Below are positions 49,898-64,000 of a stretch of DNA of 64,000 bases, piece by piece; the first letter of the stretch is position 1, and every line of letters starts with the position of its first letter. The notes under the pieces are model-generated. The model had not been told where the DNA came from and searched no databases. It worked only from the letters and a program-made list of their open reading frames with translations. The position numbers and the translations under genes were made by a program. Where the stretch lies: assembly GCA_964016885.1 (NCBI GenBank), contig OZ024740.1, forward strand, positions 360,964,001 through 361,028,000, written 5' to 3'. The DNA comes from Eledone cirrhosa. Taxonomy: Eukaryota.

Positions 49898-52800
49898 AAG
49901 ATGAAAAAAATAGTTTACCAATAATCTGACATTATTTCTGATGAAACACACTGTATTCTAATTAAGGAAAAATTTAGATGGGCTAACTAAAATTATTGTT
50001 TCTTTATTAAGATGTAATGCAATATATTATTCTTATATTTTAAAATGGCTGTTTTGATTCATAGAACCAGAGGTTATTTTGAGCAGGTTGATATTAAAAT
50101 GGTTTAATCTTTTTGATACCAAATTGCCTGAAACTGCCTTTGATTTTACAATGTTTATTTTTAGAGTGTTTATATTCATCTAAAAATACCCCATTTAAAT
50201 AATGTTCAAAACACTAGCTTTAAAATGAGAAAATTAATTATATTGGAAAATCTCTCCAAATTCTTGATTTTTTTCAAAATTATTTTTAAAATATAGACAG
50301 TGTTTTTCATTAGAAATATGGTAACGAAAGGGCTTGACGGTACTTTTAAATGAATAAATATACTATAGCAGGAGTGAGGAACCACACTGAAAGCTCATAT
50401 TTTGGTAGTTGGCTGGTGCTGAGTAAGTATGCAGTGTCATGAAGGAGAGAAGACTGGCTGGTTGGTTGGTGGAGACTAAGTATGCAGTGTCATGGAGAAA
50501 AGTGGAATGTGGAGAAAGGAAGCAGTCAGTGATGATAAAATGAGGTTAATATAAAAAAAATAATAATCTAAAGCATAACAAAGAAGAAAATACATCTCAA
50601 GAGATTTTGTTATTCTGGAAAATAATCTGGAAAAATATATATATACTAAAATACAACTAATAAAAAAAAAAATGGAAAATGACCTTAAAGAAACATTATG
50701 AATCTATCACACACACACACAAATGCACAATCACAGACAAAACACACACAATTAGATACACACATACACGCACTGAAGGAACAAAAGCAGCAGCTTCCCA
50801 AATTGCATGTAATCGATAACCAATGAGGTTTAGGTGGTTGGATGGTTGGGGAATCTGTACGGCTGGGTGATTCGGTGATTGGGTTGGGTTGGTTTAGTAG
50901 TAAAGATCGTTGCTAGGCAAATTAATCTGTTCCAAGCCACCACTGATCAGCAAAAATTAAGTTAAATTACAAAACGCATGATAGCCTCCCTTTCCTTCTC
51001 TTATCTTATCTTTCTCATTTGTTCTTTTAATCACACAATACAGTAATCTAATAGTTTCTATCAACCACTATAACGTGTATGTGTGTGCATGTATGGATGT
51101 GTTTGCACATATGTGTGTGTATGTGTGTATTTAGCGTAGGTGGTTCAGTGAATTACTGCTGTAGGTACCAAAGCAAGCACTCGATGTAGCCATAACTGGA
51201 CCCCAAAACCTAAAGTCACGCATATTAAGTGTATGATCTTTAATATATACTAAATAAGTTCCCTTGTACTAGATTGAGCATTTTTTCCTTGACCTTTTAT
51301 CTACAGATACCATGCATACACACACACGTTTGTGTATTTGTGTGTGTGCGTGTGTGTGTGTACATGTACATGTCAAAAGACTAAATTGTATCTTGATATA
51401 TGGTGTCTCATCGTATACTTCAATCCATAGCAGCAGTCAACTTCTACTAACTGTTGGTGCACTGAGCTGAACAATCCTATCCATATAATTTAGTGAAATT
51501 ATGGTGATTCCCATCAAACAGCTGATTTTACAGGGGTGTTTCCGTTTTTGTTCTGATTTTGTAGTGTCTGTTGTCATCATTTGCGAACAGATGTTGACTT
51601 ATATAACTACATTTATATATATATATCATCAACATCATTTAACGTCCACTTTCCCTGCTACCAAGGATGGGTCTTCACAAACCAAGTTAGTACTGAAGTG
51701 AGGCTACTGAGCTCCTAGATAGGCTGGAGGTTTGCATCTCACTTACATATGGTTCCATATTCTACCAAGTGCATTTGATAGTGTGCACCAGCACTAGAGA
51801 GGTTGCCATGTCTTTCAAACATCTAGAGGGTCCTCTCAACCCTTTGTTTAGCAAGCTTTCTACAGCTGACTGACTTCCTATCCTTGACTACTTTACAGCA
51901 TGTACTAGGTGTGTTTATTGTGTAGATTACCAACACTTAGAGAGGTTGCTGTATAACTGACACAACTGAGGGTTCCTCCCAACCCTTTTAGGCATGGTTT
52001 CTACAGCAGGGTGTGTGTATGTGTGTATGCATCCATGTATCCATGAATGTATGTAAAAATATATAAAATGAAATTCACTACTCACACCTATGCAAATTTA
52101 GCTTTTCATAGGAGGTTTCTTATGTTTTTTAATAACAAGGTCTCAATCCTGTTATGAAAAGCAATACAAAATGAAGCATCTTAGTCAAGAACACAATACA
52201 TTTCGCAGTCCAGGAATCAAACCCACAAACTTAAGATCATAAAGTCCAACATCCTAGCCACTAGGCCATACACCATCACAATGCATGTATGCATCCAAAC
52301 ATACATGTATGTATGTTTGTTTCTACTTTTTTAGATATTTAAATTCTCCTTGTTAAACAAGCAGATAGCTGATAATATAGGGATGTTTCTGTTTGTCAGG
52401 GTTTTTTTCTCTGATCTTCCAGTATCTGTTGTTCTCATTGTCTGTAGTCAGATTTTGACTTATATTCAGTAGCTCTTAGCCAACACAGGCCACTTGATAT
52501 CTGTATCTATCTATCTGTCTTGAAGAAACACTCAGGTCTAATCCACCACCTGCCAATAAACTCTTGAATTCCCTGCTAGTGTTCTCCTGATCCCTTTCTC
52601 CACCCTGAGCCCAAAGAAGCAACGATGGAACAACTCTCGATATACTCCTGAGTTTTTGCTCAACTCATGCTAGCATGGAAAACTAGAATGAACTTTGACT
52701 GATTCACCCCTATCGCTTGCTGAACCCTTGCAACCCCAACACTTCCCCAATCCAGGAAAGCTTGGCACACCCCAAAATGACAAACATCACCCACCCACTT

Positions 52801-53295
52801 GCTCTAAGCATTATATAAACACTGTTTTTAGGCCATCAGGGAAACTAGGCACACCCCTTAATATGTCAGAGACACCATTCACTTGCTTTAAGGCCATCAC
52901 CATGACCCACCCACACACACAGTTGCGCAATGCCTGTACCTCAACCTCAACTCCAACCAATGCCTCCTGAGATAGTACTGGTGCCACGACAAAAGCATCC
53001 AGTCCACCCTGTAATGTGGTAGTGCTGGTGCCACTAAGAAAAGCACCTAGTCCACTCTATAAAAGTGATAATGTTGGCACCATGATAAAATGCTGTAAAG
53101 TGGTTGGTGTTAGGAAGGGCATCCAGTCATAGAAAACATTCTCCCAGTACACGCTGTGAAGTGGTTGGCATTAGGAAGGATATCAAACGGTAGCAGCCAA
53201 AATAAAACATATGAGCAAGACTTAGTCACATGACCAGTCAAGCTTCAGCACAAGACTGCCATCTAACCTATGCAAATATGGAAAATAAGTGTTAC

Positions 53296-53326
<31 letters not shown>

Positions 53327-54721
53327 CATATATACAAATATGTGTGTATGTGTGTGTGTGTCCATAATCTATGTTTACATTCACTGTTTATTTATGTGTG
53401 GTAACTTAAAATTGTTTTGAGGTGGTCCCCCAGCATGGTCACAATTTAATGACTGAAACCAATAAAAGAATAAGGGAATATAAAATGACTGAAAACACGA
53501 GAGACAGATAAAGAGGAAACCATCTATATTACTGGTGCTTGTAAAAACATAAAATAACACTTTAGTAAGACATTATAGTCAAGCTACAATATTTTGTCTA
53601 TTTATTTACGTTGTAATTGAATATAAAGTAATTCACAGCTTCAGAATCTTTTATTAAAATAATATTATTAAATCATTATCACTACTATGATATAATAATA
53701 CACTTAAATAAAACAACTTTCAAATTGTGAATAATTTTAAATTCAATTACAATAAAATCTTGTTGAAATGTTTATGGAGCATCATCGACAGTTGACAATT
53801 AAATTGATATTACAATGCAAATAGACAAAGCATTACATTTATATATTTGAGTCTGTCTATATATTTGATGCTAGAAGTAAATGTGATGAAAGGTCCCATC
53901 TAACTTCCCCAGAATAACCAAGACAACATAGCATATAGGACCCATATACATGTTTAGTACTTGAAAACTTCTCTAGTGGTGGTGGCATAGTAAATTGTTG
54001 CCGATCAAAGAGAGACAATTTAGAGTATGGAGGACTCTTCAGTTTGGTTGAAAATATGACAACCTCTCTAGTTCTGGTGCCACAATAAAATGCATCCAGT
54101 ACAGTCAGTAAAGTCGTATTGCTGGTGACATGAAAAACATGCACTCAGTACATGCTGTAAAACGGTACTGCTGGTGTCACAATAGCAGCAATCTCTATAC
54201 TCTGTAAAGTGGTTGGCATTAGGAAGGGGATCCAGCCATAGAAACCATGTCAAAATATGGTACACATGAGCAAGACATAGTTCCCTAAACAGTCAAGTCT
54301 CAGAACCTGAAAACCCGTCCATCACATGCCAGCATCAAAAGTAGATGTAAAATCAAAGATATGAAGGTGTTCATGTTTAATCATTTTTATAAAATGATTT
54401 TTCATTTTGTTTTCTATTCGTTTGATTTGGTTAAAGAACAATAATGTTCTTAAGTCTGTTAACATTTTAACATCTTCTCAACCTCATCATATACATGGTG
54501 CATTGGCAGAGTTGTTAGAGTGTCAGACAAAATGCTTTACAGTATTTCATTACAGTCTTCTACCTTTTGGGTTCAAATCCTGCTGAGGTCAACTTTGCTT
54601 TTCATCCATCCGAGACTGATAAAATAAAACACCAGTTAAGTACTAAAGTTGGTATAATCAACTTTCCTCTTCCCCAAAATTGTTGGCCTAGTGTCTATGT
54701 TAGAAAAGATTAATGTTTTAA

Positions 54722-54928
54722 CCCTTTAGCATTTCCATTACTGTATATTACTGTTATATCTTCATGGTAAAGGTTTTATGTCACATAATATCGAATCTAT
54801 GAGATTTTGATATTATTTATTTTGAGAACAATACTTTAACATCAGTATGAGTGGCCGGTTATGGCCAGTTTGAACAGAAAGAGGTGAAAGTATTCTGGCC
54901 GGATACGGCTGGTTTAAATGCTAAAGGG
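54722..54928. mobile_element. piggyBac-type MITE
   Basis: TTAA|CCCTTTAGCATTT ... AAATGCTAAAGGG|TTAA. Confidence 0.82.
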
Positions 54929-55334
54929 TTAAATGATAAAAATGGTGATTGCATGAATTGAAATGAAAAACATGAAATGAAATTTCCTACTCACACCTAT
55001 GTAGGTTTAAGTATGTAGGTTTCTATGAAGTTTCATCCCATAAGACATTTCTTGGTTGCTATAATGATAGAGGCCCCAGTCCTATCATAAAAAAGCAATA
55101 TGAAATGAACAACACAATATGCTACCTGGTCGAAGAATTGAACCTGGACCATATGACCATGAATGCAACATCCTAACCACTAGGCCAATTAACTCCAGAT
55201 TTCTTTCATAGTTTCTTTCATGTTGATTTTTTATTTAATAAAAGTTCCAGAGCAAACAAAATTGTTATGCAAAATACTATATGGAATATAAAAAGTAGTG
55301 TTTTCAACTAATGTTTTTCAACAAAGTTTTGTTT

Positions 55335-58300
55335 CATATACTGTAGTATACTGTACTATATGATATACTGTAGTATACTGTACTATATGATATACTGTAG
55401 TATAATGTACTATATCATATACTGTAGTATACTGTACTGTATTATAATCTATTGTATCATATACTGTAGTATACTGTACTATATCATATACTGTAGTATA
55501 ATGTACTATATCATATACTGTAGTATAATGTACTGTATCATATACTGTAGTATACTGTACTATATCATATACTGTAGTATAATGTACTGTATCATATACT
55601 GTAGTATAATGTACTGTATCATATACTGTAGTATACTGTACTGTATCATATACTGTAGTATAATGTACTATATGATATACTGTAGTATAATGTACTATAT
55701 CATATACTGTAGTATACTGTACTGTATTATAATCTATTGTATCATATACTGTAGTATACTGTACTATATCATATACTGTAGTATAATGTACTATATCATA
55801 TACTGTAGTATAATGTACTGTATCATATACTGTAGTATACTGTACTATATCATATACTGTAGTATAATGTACTGTATCATATACTGTAGTATAATGTACT
55901 GTATCATATACTGTAGTATACTGTACTGTATCATATACTGTAGTATAATGTACTGTATCATATACTGTAGTATACTGTACTATATCATATACTGTAGTAT
56001 AATGTACTATATCATATACTGTAGTATACTGTACTGTATCATATACTGTAGTATAATGTACTGTATTATATACTGTAGTATACTGTACTGTATCATATAC
56101 TGTAGTATAATGTACTATATCATATACTGTAGTATAATGTACTGTATCATATACTGTATTATACTGTACTGTATCATATACTGTAGTATACTGTACTATA
56201 TCATATACTGTAGTATACTGTACTGTATCATATACTGTAGTATACTGTACTGTATCATATACTGTATTATACTGTACTGTATCATATACTGTAGTATACT
56301 GTACTATATCATATACTGTAGTATAATGTACTGTATCATATACTGTAGTATACTGTACTGTATCATATACTGTAGTATACTGTACTATATCATATACTGT
56401 AGTATAATGTACTATATCATATACTGTAGTATAATATACTGTATCATATACTGTAGTATAATATACTATATCATATACTGTAGTATAATGTACTGTATTA
56501 TATACTGTAGTATAATGTACTGTATCATATACTGTAGTATAATGTACTGTATCATATACTGTAGTATAATGTACTGTATCATATACTGTAGTATAATATA
56601 CTGTATCATATACTGTAGTATAATATACTATATCATATACTGTAGTATAATGTACTGTATCATATACTGTAGTATAATGTACTGTATCATATACTGTAGT
56701 ATAATGTACTGTATCATATACTGTAGTATACTGTACTGTATCATATACTGTAGTATAATGTACTGTATCATATACTGTAGTATAATGTACTGTATCATAT
56801 ACTGTAGTATAATGTACTATATCATATACTGTAGTATAATGTACTGTATCATATACTGTAGTATAATGTACTGTATCATATACTGTAGTATACTGTACTG
56901 TATCATATACTGTAGTATAATGTACTGTATTATATACTGTAGTATACTGTACTATATCATATACTGTAGTATAATGTACTGTATCATATACTGTATAATG
57001 TACTGTATCATATACTGTAGTATAATGTACTATATCATATACTGTAGTATACTGTACTATATTATATACTGTAGTATACTGTACTATATCATATACTGTA
57101 GTATAATGTACTGTATTATAATGTACTGTATCATATACTGTAGTATAATGTACTGTATTATATACTGTAGTATAATGTACTGTATCATATACTGTAGTAT
57201 ACTGTACTATATCATATACTGTAGTATACTGTACTGTATCATATACTGTAGTATACTGTACTGTATCATATACTGTAGTATAATGTACTGTATCATATAC
57301 TGTAGTATACTGTACTGTATCATATACTGTAGTATAATGTACTGTATCATATACTGTATTATACTGTACTGTATCATATACTGTAGTATAATGTACTGTA
57401 TCATATACTGTAGTATAATGTACTGTATCATATACTGTATTATACTGTACTGTATTATATACTGTAGTATAATGTACTGTATCATATACTGTATTATAAT
57501 GTACTATATCATATACTGTAGTATACTGTACTGTATCATATACTGTAGTATAATGTACTGTATCATATACTGTATTATACTGTACTGTATCATATACTGT
57601 AGTATAATGTACTGTATCATATACTGTAGTATAATGTACTGTATCATATACTGTATTATACTGTACTGTATTATATACTGTAGTATAATGTACTATATTA
57701 TATACTGTAGTATACTGTACTGTATCATATACTGTAGTATAATGTACTATATCATATACTGTATTATACTGTACTGTATCATATCAGTAGTATACTGTAC
57801 TGTATCATATACTGTAGTATAATGTACTGTATCATATACTGTAGTATAATGTACTGTATCATATACTGTAGTATACTGTACTATATCATATACTGTAGTA
57901 TAATGTACTATATCATATACTGTAGTATAATGTACTGTATCATATACTGTAGTATAATGTACTATATCATATACTGTAGTATAATATACTATATTATATA
58001 CTGTAGTATAATGTACTATATCATATACTGTAGTATAATGTACTGTATCATATACTGTAGTATAATGTACTATATCATATACTGTATTATACTGTACTGT
58101 ATCATATCAGTAGTATACTGTACTGTATCATATACTGTAGTATAATGTACTGTATCATATACTGTAGTATAATGTACTGTATCATATACTGTAGTATACT
58201 GTACTGTATCATATACTGTAGTATACTGTACTATATCATATACTGTAGTATAATGTACTGTATCATATACTGTAGTATAATGTACTATATCATATACTGT

Positions 58301-58845
58301 AGTATACTGTACTATATCATATACTGTAGTATAATGTACTATATCATATACTGTATTATAATGTACTGTATCATATACTGTAGTATAATGTACTGTATCA
58401 TATACTGTAGTATAATATACTATATCATATACTGTAGTATAATGTACTGTATCATATACTGTAGTATAATATACTATATCATATACTGTAGTATAATGTA
58501 CTGTATCATATACTGTAGTATAATGTACTGCATCATATACTGTAGTATAATATACTGTATCATATACTGTAGTATAATGTACTGTATCATATACTGTAGT
58601 ATAATGTACTGTATCATATACTGTATTATACTGTACTGTATCATATACTGTAGTATAATGTACTGCATCATATACTGTATTATATACTGTAGTATAATAT
58701 ACTGTATTATACTGTACTATATCATATACTGTAGTATAATGTACTGCATCATATACTGTATTATAATGTACTATATCGTATACTGTATTACAATGTACTA
58801 TATCGTATACTGTAGTATACTGTACTGTATCATATACTGTATTAC
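55335..58845 (+). repeat. 27-bp satellite, ~3.5 kb (about 130 units); degenerate continuation at 59686-59757
   Basis: Unit TATCATATACTGTAGTATA(A/C)TGTACT(G/A). It translates as a repeating 9-mer (IIYCSIMYC), which explains the long ORFs. Confidence 0.97.
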
Positions 58846-59685
58846 AAGTGTACCACCATGCATTTTGGGAGTAAAAGCCCAGGTCCACATACTCCCTCCA
58901 CAACACTGATATCAAGAAGTCTTCTTGTGAACGTGACCTGGGCATTACTGTCGACAATGATTTGCGTTGGACGAAGCACAGTTCTAAAATTGTCAAGAAG
59001 GTCAAGGTTGTCTTAGTATCACTCAGCAAGACCTTTGTCAGCCGCTCTCCAGATATCTATTTAAGGCTGTATATAGCTATGTTGCGGCCACACTTAGAAT
59101 TTGCATCACCAGTCTGGAAACCCTACCTTGTTCAGAACATTGACCGTCTGGAAACTGTTCAGAGACATGCAACCAAGCAAATAACCTCCATCAGGCATCT
59201 ACCATACTCTGAACGCCTTGCTTCTCTGGGCATGGATACATTGAAGCTCCGACGTCTGGCAACTGACTTGGTAAACACCCACAAAATTATTAACCATCTT
59301 GCCAACAACAACCCTGAGAACCTTTTTGATTTCCATGTGTCTAGCACATGTGGGCATGCCAACAAAGTCAGAAAACAGCACAGCTCCCATGAATTTCGGA
59401 AACATTTTTTCACACTCAGATTTGCTGAAGCATGGAACAAACTACCTGCATCAGTTATTAGCTGTCGAGACACTGCATCCTTTAAAACCACCATGCTTCC
59501 TGAAATTCGCCAACACTGCACCTAATATTCCCCCTTCCATACACACGCACACATGTATTTCATGACTCGTACTCTGTTCATTTTCCTGACATTTGTACAT
59601 TATTCTATGTACAAAACATGCACCTTTGATGAGTTGTAGTGCACCTGAGCACTGTACACAATCATTTCCTTATTATTATTATTAT
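58846..59685 (+). mobile_element. CR1-group LINE 3' fragment inserted in the satellite edge
   Basis: ERDLGITVD..LRWTKH..LRPHLEFASPVW..RKHFFTLRFAEAWNKLP; (ATT)n tail; satellite units on both sides. Confidence 0.92.
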
Positions 59686-60358
59686 ACCATACTACAATGT
59701 ACTGTATCATATACTGTATTACAATGTGTTGCATCATATACTGTATTATAATGTGCTACAAGGCTTCCTTGTAAATGTATGAACAGCCATCAAGAAAATG
59801 TACTTGTGTATTCAATAGAATTGTTTGAGTAATGAAGTTGATAAGCTTCTTGTTTACATTGAAATGTGTATAATACATTGGTTATCTGAAGTGTGTTCTG
59901 TGGTTAGCATGTTTCTGGTTTCATGTTGATGAGAATGTTGTTCATTCTGGTGTCTTTGTAATCTATTACAACAAAACAAGTGTTTTATGGCCAATTTCCC
60001 CACAAACTCTGATATAGGGCCCTTTCTGAGGTAATGTTTTACAACTGGATACCCTTCATGGAGCCAACCCACTTACAACATATTTTTGTAATATATTCTA
60101 ACTGGTCATATCTGGTTAGGTCTGATGCATGTGTTCTGGGTTATGACTTTTTTAATGACATATCTATTCCAGAACTGGGTTGCATTTGGTTGATGAAGTA
60201 TACTATATGTGTGGTTTCTGTATTTCCATTGAGTGTTATATCTGTTCTATCTGTGTAAGTGTATTTATTCTTGTTGTTCTATGGCTTGGTCTACTAATAT
60301 ATTGGAATATTATTAACTAATTTTGAGCTCAGGATTTTTGTATATATATATATAAAGC

Positions 60359-60505
60359 GTGAAGGTGCATGGCTTAGTAGTTAGAGCATTGGGCTGGCAA
60401 TCGAAAGGTTGTGAGTTCAATTCTCGGACCGGGTGATGTGTTGTTTCCTTCAGCAAGACACTTTATTTCACGTTGCTCCAGTGTACTCAGCTGTAGAAAT
60501 GAGTA
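60359..60505 (+). mobile_element. tRNA-derived SINE head
   Basis: A-box TGGCTTAGTAG, B-box GAGTTCAATTC, CORE-like gcaagacactttatttcacgttgctccag. Confidence 0.75.
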
Positions 60506-61891
60506 CCGGCCTGCCCGCCCAGCCAGTGGGATGGCGTTATCTTATGACTAAAAACAACATGGCGTGCTGTGACCAGCGGCGCCGATTGGCGCCCGACAGA
60601 CTGCTCGGTCAAGGTGATCAAGGTGATATATAAAGCTTCTTTAGAGGATGTAAATTTAAAAGCTCACCTCAAAAAGAATTTCACCACAGATATTTATATC
60701 TATGGAGACACTTGATATCCTGTGCATGTAGGGGTATTTGTTGGTGTTTTATATGTACACTGATCAGCGATATCAGTTATTCATTATGCCTATGTTTGTA
60801 TCTAAGAATGGGATGATCTTGAGGTGTGAATTTATGCTGGGGGTTAGCCCTGTAATGGACTGGCAATCTGTCGAGAGGGGAATCTTTAACTCTCAGTTAC
60901 TTACCCAAAAAACTGAGTGAAGCTCCAGACTTTGTCTAGCCCATGCAAGCATGAAAAAACTAGCATAAAATGATAATCCTAACTCTAACTATATTGGATT
61001 ATAAATCTGAGGATGGAATTATTTTCCATGTTTTCTTCAGATCTATCCACCACAATGAATATGCAGTCGTAATGGTTAAGGTGGTAGGATCATGATCATG
61101 AGGTCTTGAGTTTGATTACATGAATGGGTGGTGCATTCTTGTCTTGAAGAAGTCCCTTTGTTTGAAATTGCTTTTTGAAACACCTAAGAAACCTGAGATG
61201 CAATCTAATAGACCAAATAAACCTAAAAAGTGTGAGCTTTAAATTTCATTTTTTCATTTCAACATACTTGGTATGTATGGTGTAGTTGTGTATGAATGAT
61301 AGAGCACAAACATGTTGAGAGAAAAACTGGATATAAAAGGAAGCAGATGTAGTGTGAAAGAGAGGAACCTACATTAGTGTGAGCATGTGAAGGAACTGTG
61401 AAGCACTTAAAGTGGATGGAACCTGTGGAAGAGGGAGACATAGGAAAACATGTTATGAAATAATGAAAATTGATCTCAAGTAGCTGAACCACATAAAGGA
61501 GAAGAAGGACTGCAATGATTTAGGACACACAATGCTAAAAGACCCATCACAAGTGAAAGCAAGACAAAAAGGTCACTAAAATAATGTTTTTGAGTTTCTC
61601 ACCTAGTATATTCCTATGAAGATTCTAATAGCTGCCTTATCTCCTTCATCCCCTGCTGTCTTATTCACAATACTATGTCACCTTGTAATGAAATTTGGCA
61701 TTTGATCCATCCATATTAAGGAAAGATCTACCATGGATGGGGTGGGGCAATGCAACCTGGACACAAGTTGGAGCTTAACTAAAGCTGGGTTGCTTGGGTG
61801 TGAGCGTCTGAAGTTGGAAGACACAAATCACTTAATGACTCTGGGAACATCAATTAGGATGTGTCCAAGTGCATTACAAGACGATGTTTAA

Positions 61892-62097
61892 CCCTTTAGC
61901 ATTTAAACTGGCCATATCCGGCCAGAATTCTCTCGCCTCTTTCTGTTCAAACTGGCAGTAACCGGCCGCTCATAGTTATGTTAAGGTATTGTTCTCTAAA
62001 TCTCATACATTCAATATTATGTAAGATAATTATGTGAGATATAGCCTTTTCTGTGAAAATACAATATTAAATATAGAGTAATATAAATGCTAAAGGG
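61892..62097. mobile_element. piggyBac-type MITE
   Basis: TTAA|CCCTTTAGCATTTA ... TAAATGCTAAAGGG|TTAA. Confidence 0.82.
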
Positions 62098-63789
62098 TTA
62101 AACAAAAGTCTACTTGTGAAATTAATGTGCAAGTGGCCAAGCATTCTAAAGACACATGTACCGTTAATGTAATTATCAGTTTTAGCATGACTATATGACA
62201 AGGCTGGCCATTTGAATCACAGGTACAACTAATTTTTGCCAGCTAAGTGGATTGCAGTAAGTGTCTTGCTTAAGAATACAACACACCACAGGGACTCAAA
62301 CTCATGACCATATGATTATCAGTCAAACACCCTAACTACTAAGCCATGTTCCTTCATATGTATATACACACACACAAGTATGTATAGTAATCAAGCCGTG
62401 AATAACATTAAATTCAAAGATGTCTTCATCTTGTTGAAACTTGTACTGACCATCATCATAAATTGACAATTAAGTTAATATTAAAAGGTGAATAGAAATA
62501 AAGGTTCATAGCCTAAAGAATTGCTTTAATCTCTTCAGTGCCATAGATGAGATAACTCGTCCTAACATGTATGCATTCCAGTGCCACGGACAAGATAACT
62601 CATCCTAACATGTTTGAACTCTTTTCCAACAGTTCATAACTTCAAAGCGAGATGGGGTTACTAGTTCATTGATGTAACGTTTGTCAATTATTCAGAAATA
62701 TGTTGTTAATAAACGTTTGTTTAAAAAAATAGTCATTTTACTGAAAAAAACCTGGCACAGCAAGTGTAGGTGTGTAAAATATGTGCAACAGTCAACAGGT
62801 TTATGACAGTAAGAAATAGGTTTACTATTTTAAAGTTCTATTTCAGGCGTTTATAAAAAAAAATATGTAAACATTATATCATAGTTGTACTTGTCTGGCA
62901 AGTGACTTGATCTGAGACTGTGTCTTCAAACTAAATCAATTACTGCATGGAAGAGTAATTTTATCCACAGTTGTACTTGTCTGACAAATGACTTGATCTG
63001 AGACTGTGTCGAAGCTAACACAAGCTGACACAATTACAGCATGGAAGAGTCATTTTAGCTTTTATAATTCATTTCTTGGTGTTAAACTTTTTGTCACACT
63101 GCCTGCAACCTATTGCTGACAAATTGACCATGGTGCAGACAGTATGACAGATTTTGAGAAACATTTTTATGAATAATTCCAAACATTTGGAATAATTTTT
63201 TCTGCCAAAAGAAACAGGAGTCTTGACATTTTGAACAGCACCCTTTGTTGGACAGAGATGAAATGTTTACTGGTGCTACAGGTAAAATAGATTAACAATA
63301 GTAAAAATAAGGAATTATTATTATAACGGAAGAGTAGGATGAGGAAGAGTGGGAGGATGGGAATGTAAAGAGGTGGCAACAGTCAAAGTATTGGTGACAT
63401 ACCAAAAAGCGCTCAGTCCACACTGTAAAGTGGTCATTTTGGTGCCCTGACAAAAAGTACTGTCTCCACTGTTAAGTAGTCATTTTGGTGCCATGATAAA
63501 AAGCACCCAGTCCACACTGTAAATGTGGTTGGCATTAGGAAGGGCATCAAGCTGTAGTAACCAAGCCAGAAACGGTTCTGTATGAGCAAGACACGGTCAT
63601 CTGATCTAATTTGTCCTATAACAGGACAACTCGTTTAACCTATGCTAGCGTGGAAAATGGATGTTAAACAGTGATGATAATACAACCTATTACAGATAGA
63701 AATGACTTATACAGGACTTATACTAGAACTGCTCCATTCATTGGAAATCATCAATACCTTATTTAACTGTGGTTTGTTTCTGTTCCTCT

Positions 63790-64000
63790 TCAGACTCAGA
63801 AGTTCCTGCGTCTTGCGACACATGAGGCAATTATAGTGTTCCATCGCGTTCGGTCAGCAGCCAGTTGCACAGCGTCCCGCCATTGTCTGTTTGTCGCTCG
63901 CAGGTCCCTGTCAACTGTCTGGCACCAGTTCATTTTGGGTCGCCCTCTCCGTCTGCTTCCCTGCAGGCTCCATTTAAGTACTTGGTTCGCCAGTCTCTCC
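63790..64000 (-). mobile_element. 3' end of an RTE-like LINE running off the window edge
   Basis: ERLANQVLKWSLQGSRRRGRPKMNWCQTVDRDL..AADRTRW..*. Confidence 0.78.

Noticed and set aside
29000-49950. Other CTGANGA words (for example ~29004, 38206, 39526, 49938) as hammerheads
   Set aside because: No stem II followed by GAAA and no stem I pairing.
55360-58909. 820-aa and adjacent long Ile/Tyr/Cys-rich ORFs
   Set aside because: Translation of a stop-free frame of the 27-bp satellite. The frame breaks at repeat indels and there is no splice or domain evidence.
63790-64000. GC-rich coding-like stretch as the missing RUFY first exon
   Set aside because: It translates to the RTE C-terminal GRPK.W..DR..W pattern followed by a stop.

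Overview
AT-rich, repeat-dense animal genomic DNA. The SINE/LINE repertoire and microsatellite load look like a coleoid cephalopod, probably Octopus (inference from recalled repeat families, not a search). The only host gene I can support is a minus-strand RUN-and-FYVE-domain gene (RUFY2-like). Eight phase-compatible GT-AG exons between 39035 and 3079 encode the RUN domain and first coiled coil; the first exon(s) were not found and the FYVE end lies left of the window. The introns and flank carry RTE and CR1-type LINE fragments, CRE-like relics, tRNA-derived SINEs, Helitrons, piggyBac-type and Tc1/mariner-type MITEs, a truncated CsRn1-like Gypsy element with a tRNA-Trp PBS and an intact -1 frameshift signal, and 27-bp and 32-bp tandem arrays. 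The most striking signal is six minimal type I hammerhead ribozyme motifs of the Penelope-like pLTR kind. Five sit in the first 2.5 kb, and four of those are sense/antisense pairs inside two near-perfect fold-back palindromes, probably within a RUFY intron. A larger RTE fold-back lies in another intron. All structures and alignments were read by eye.
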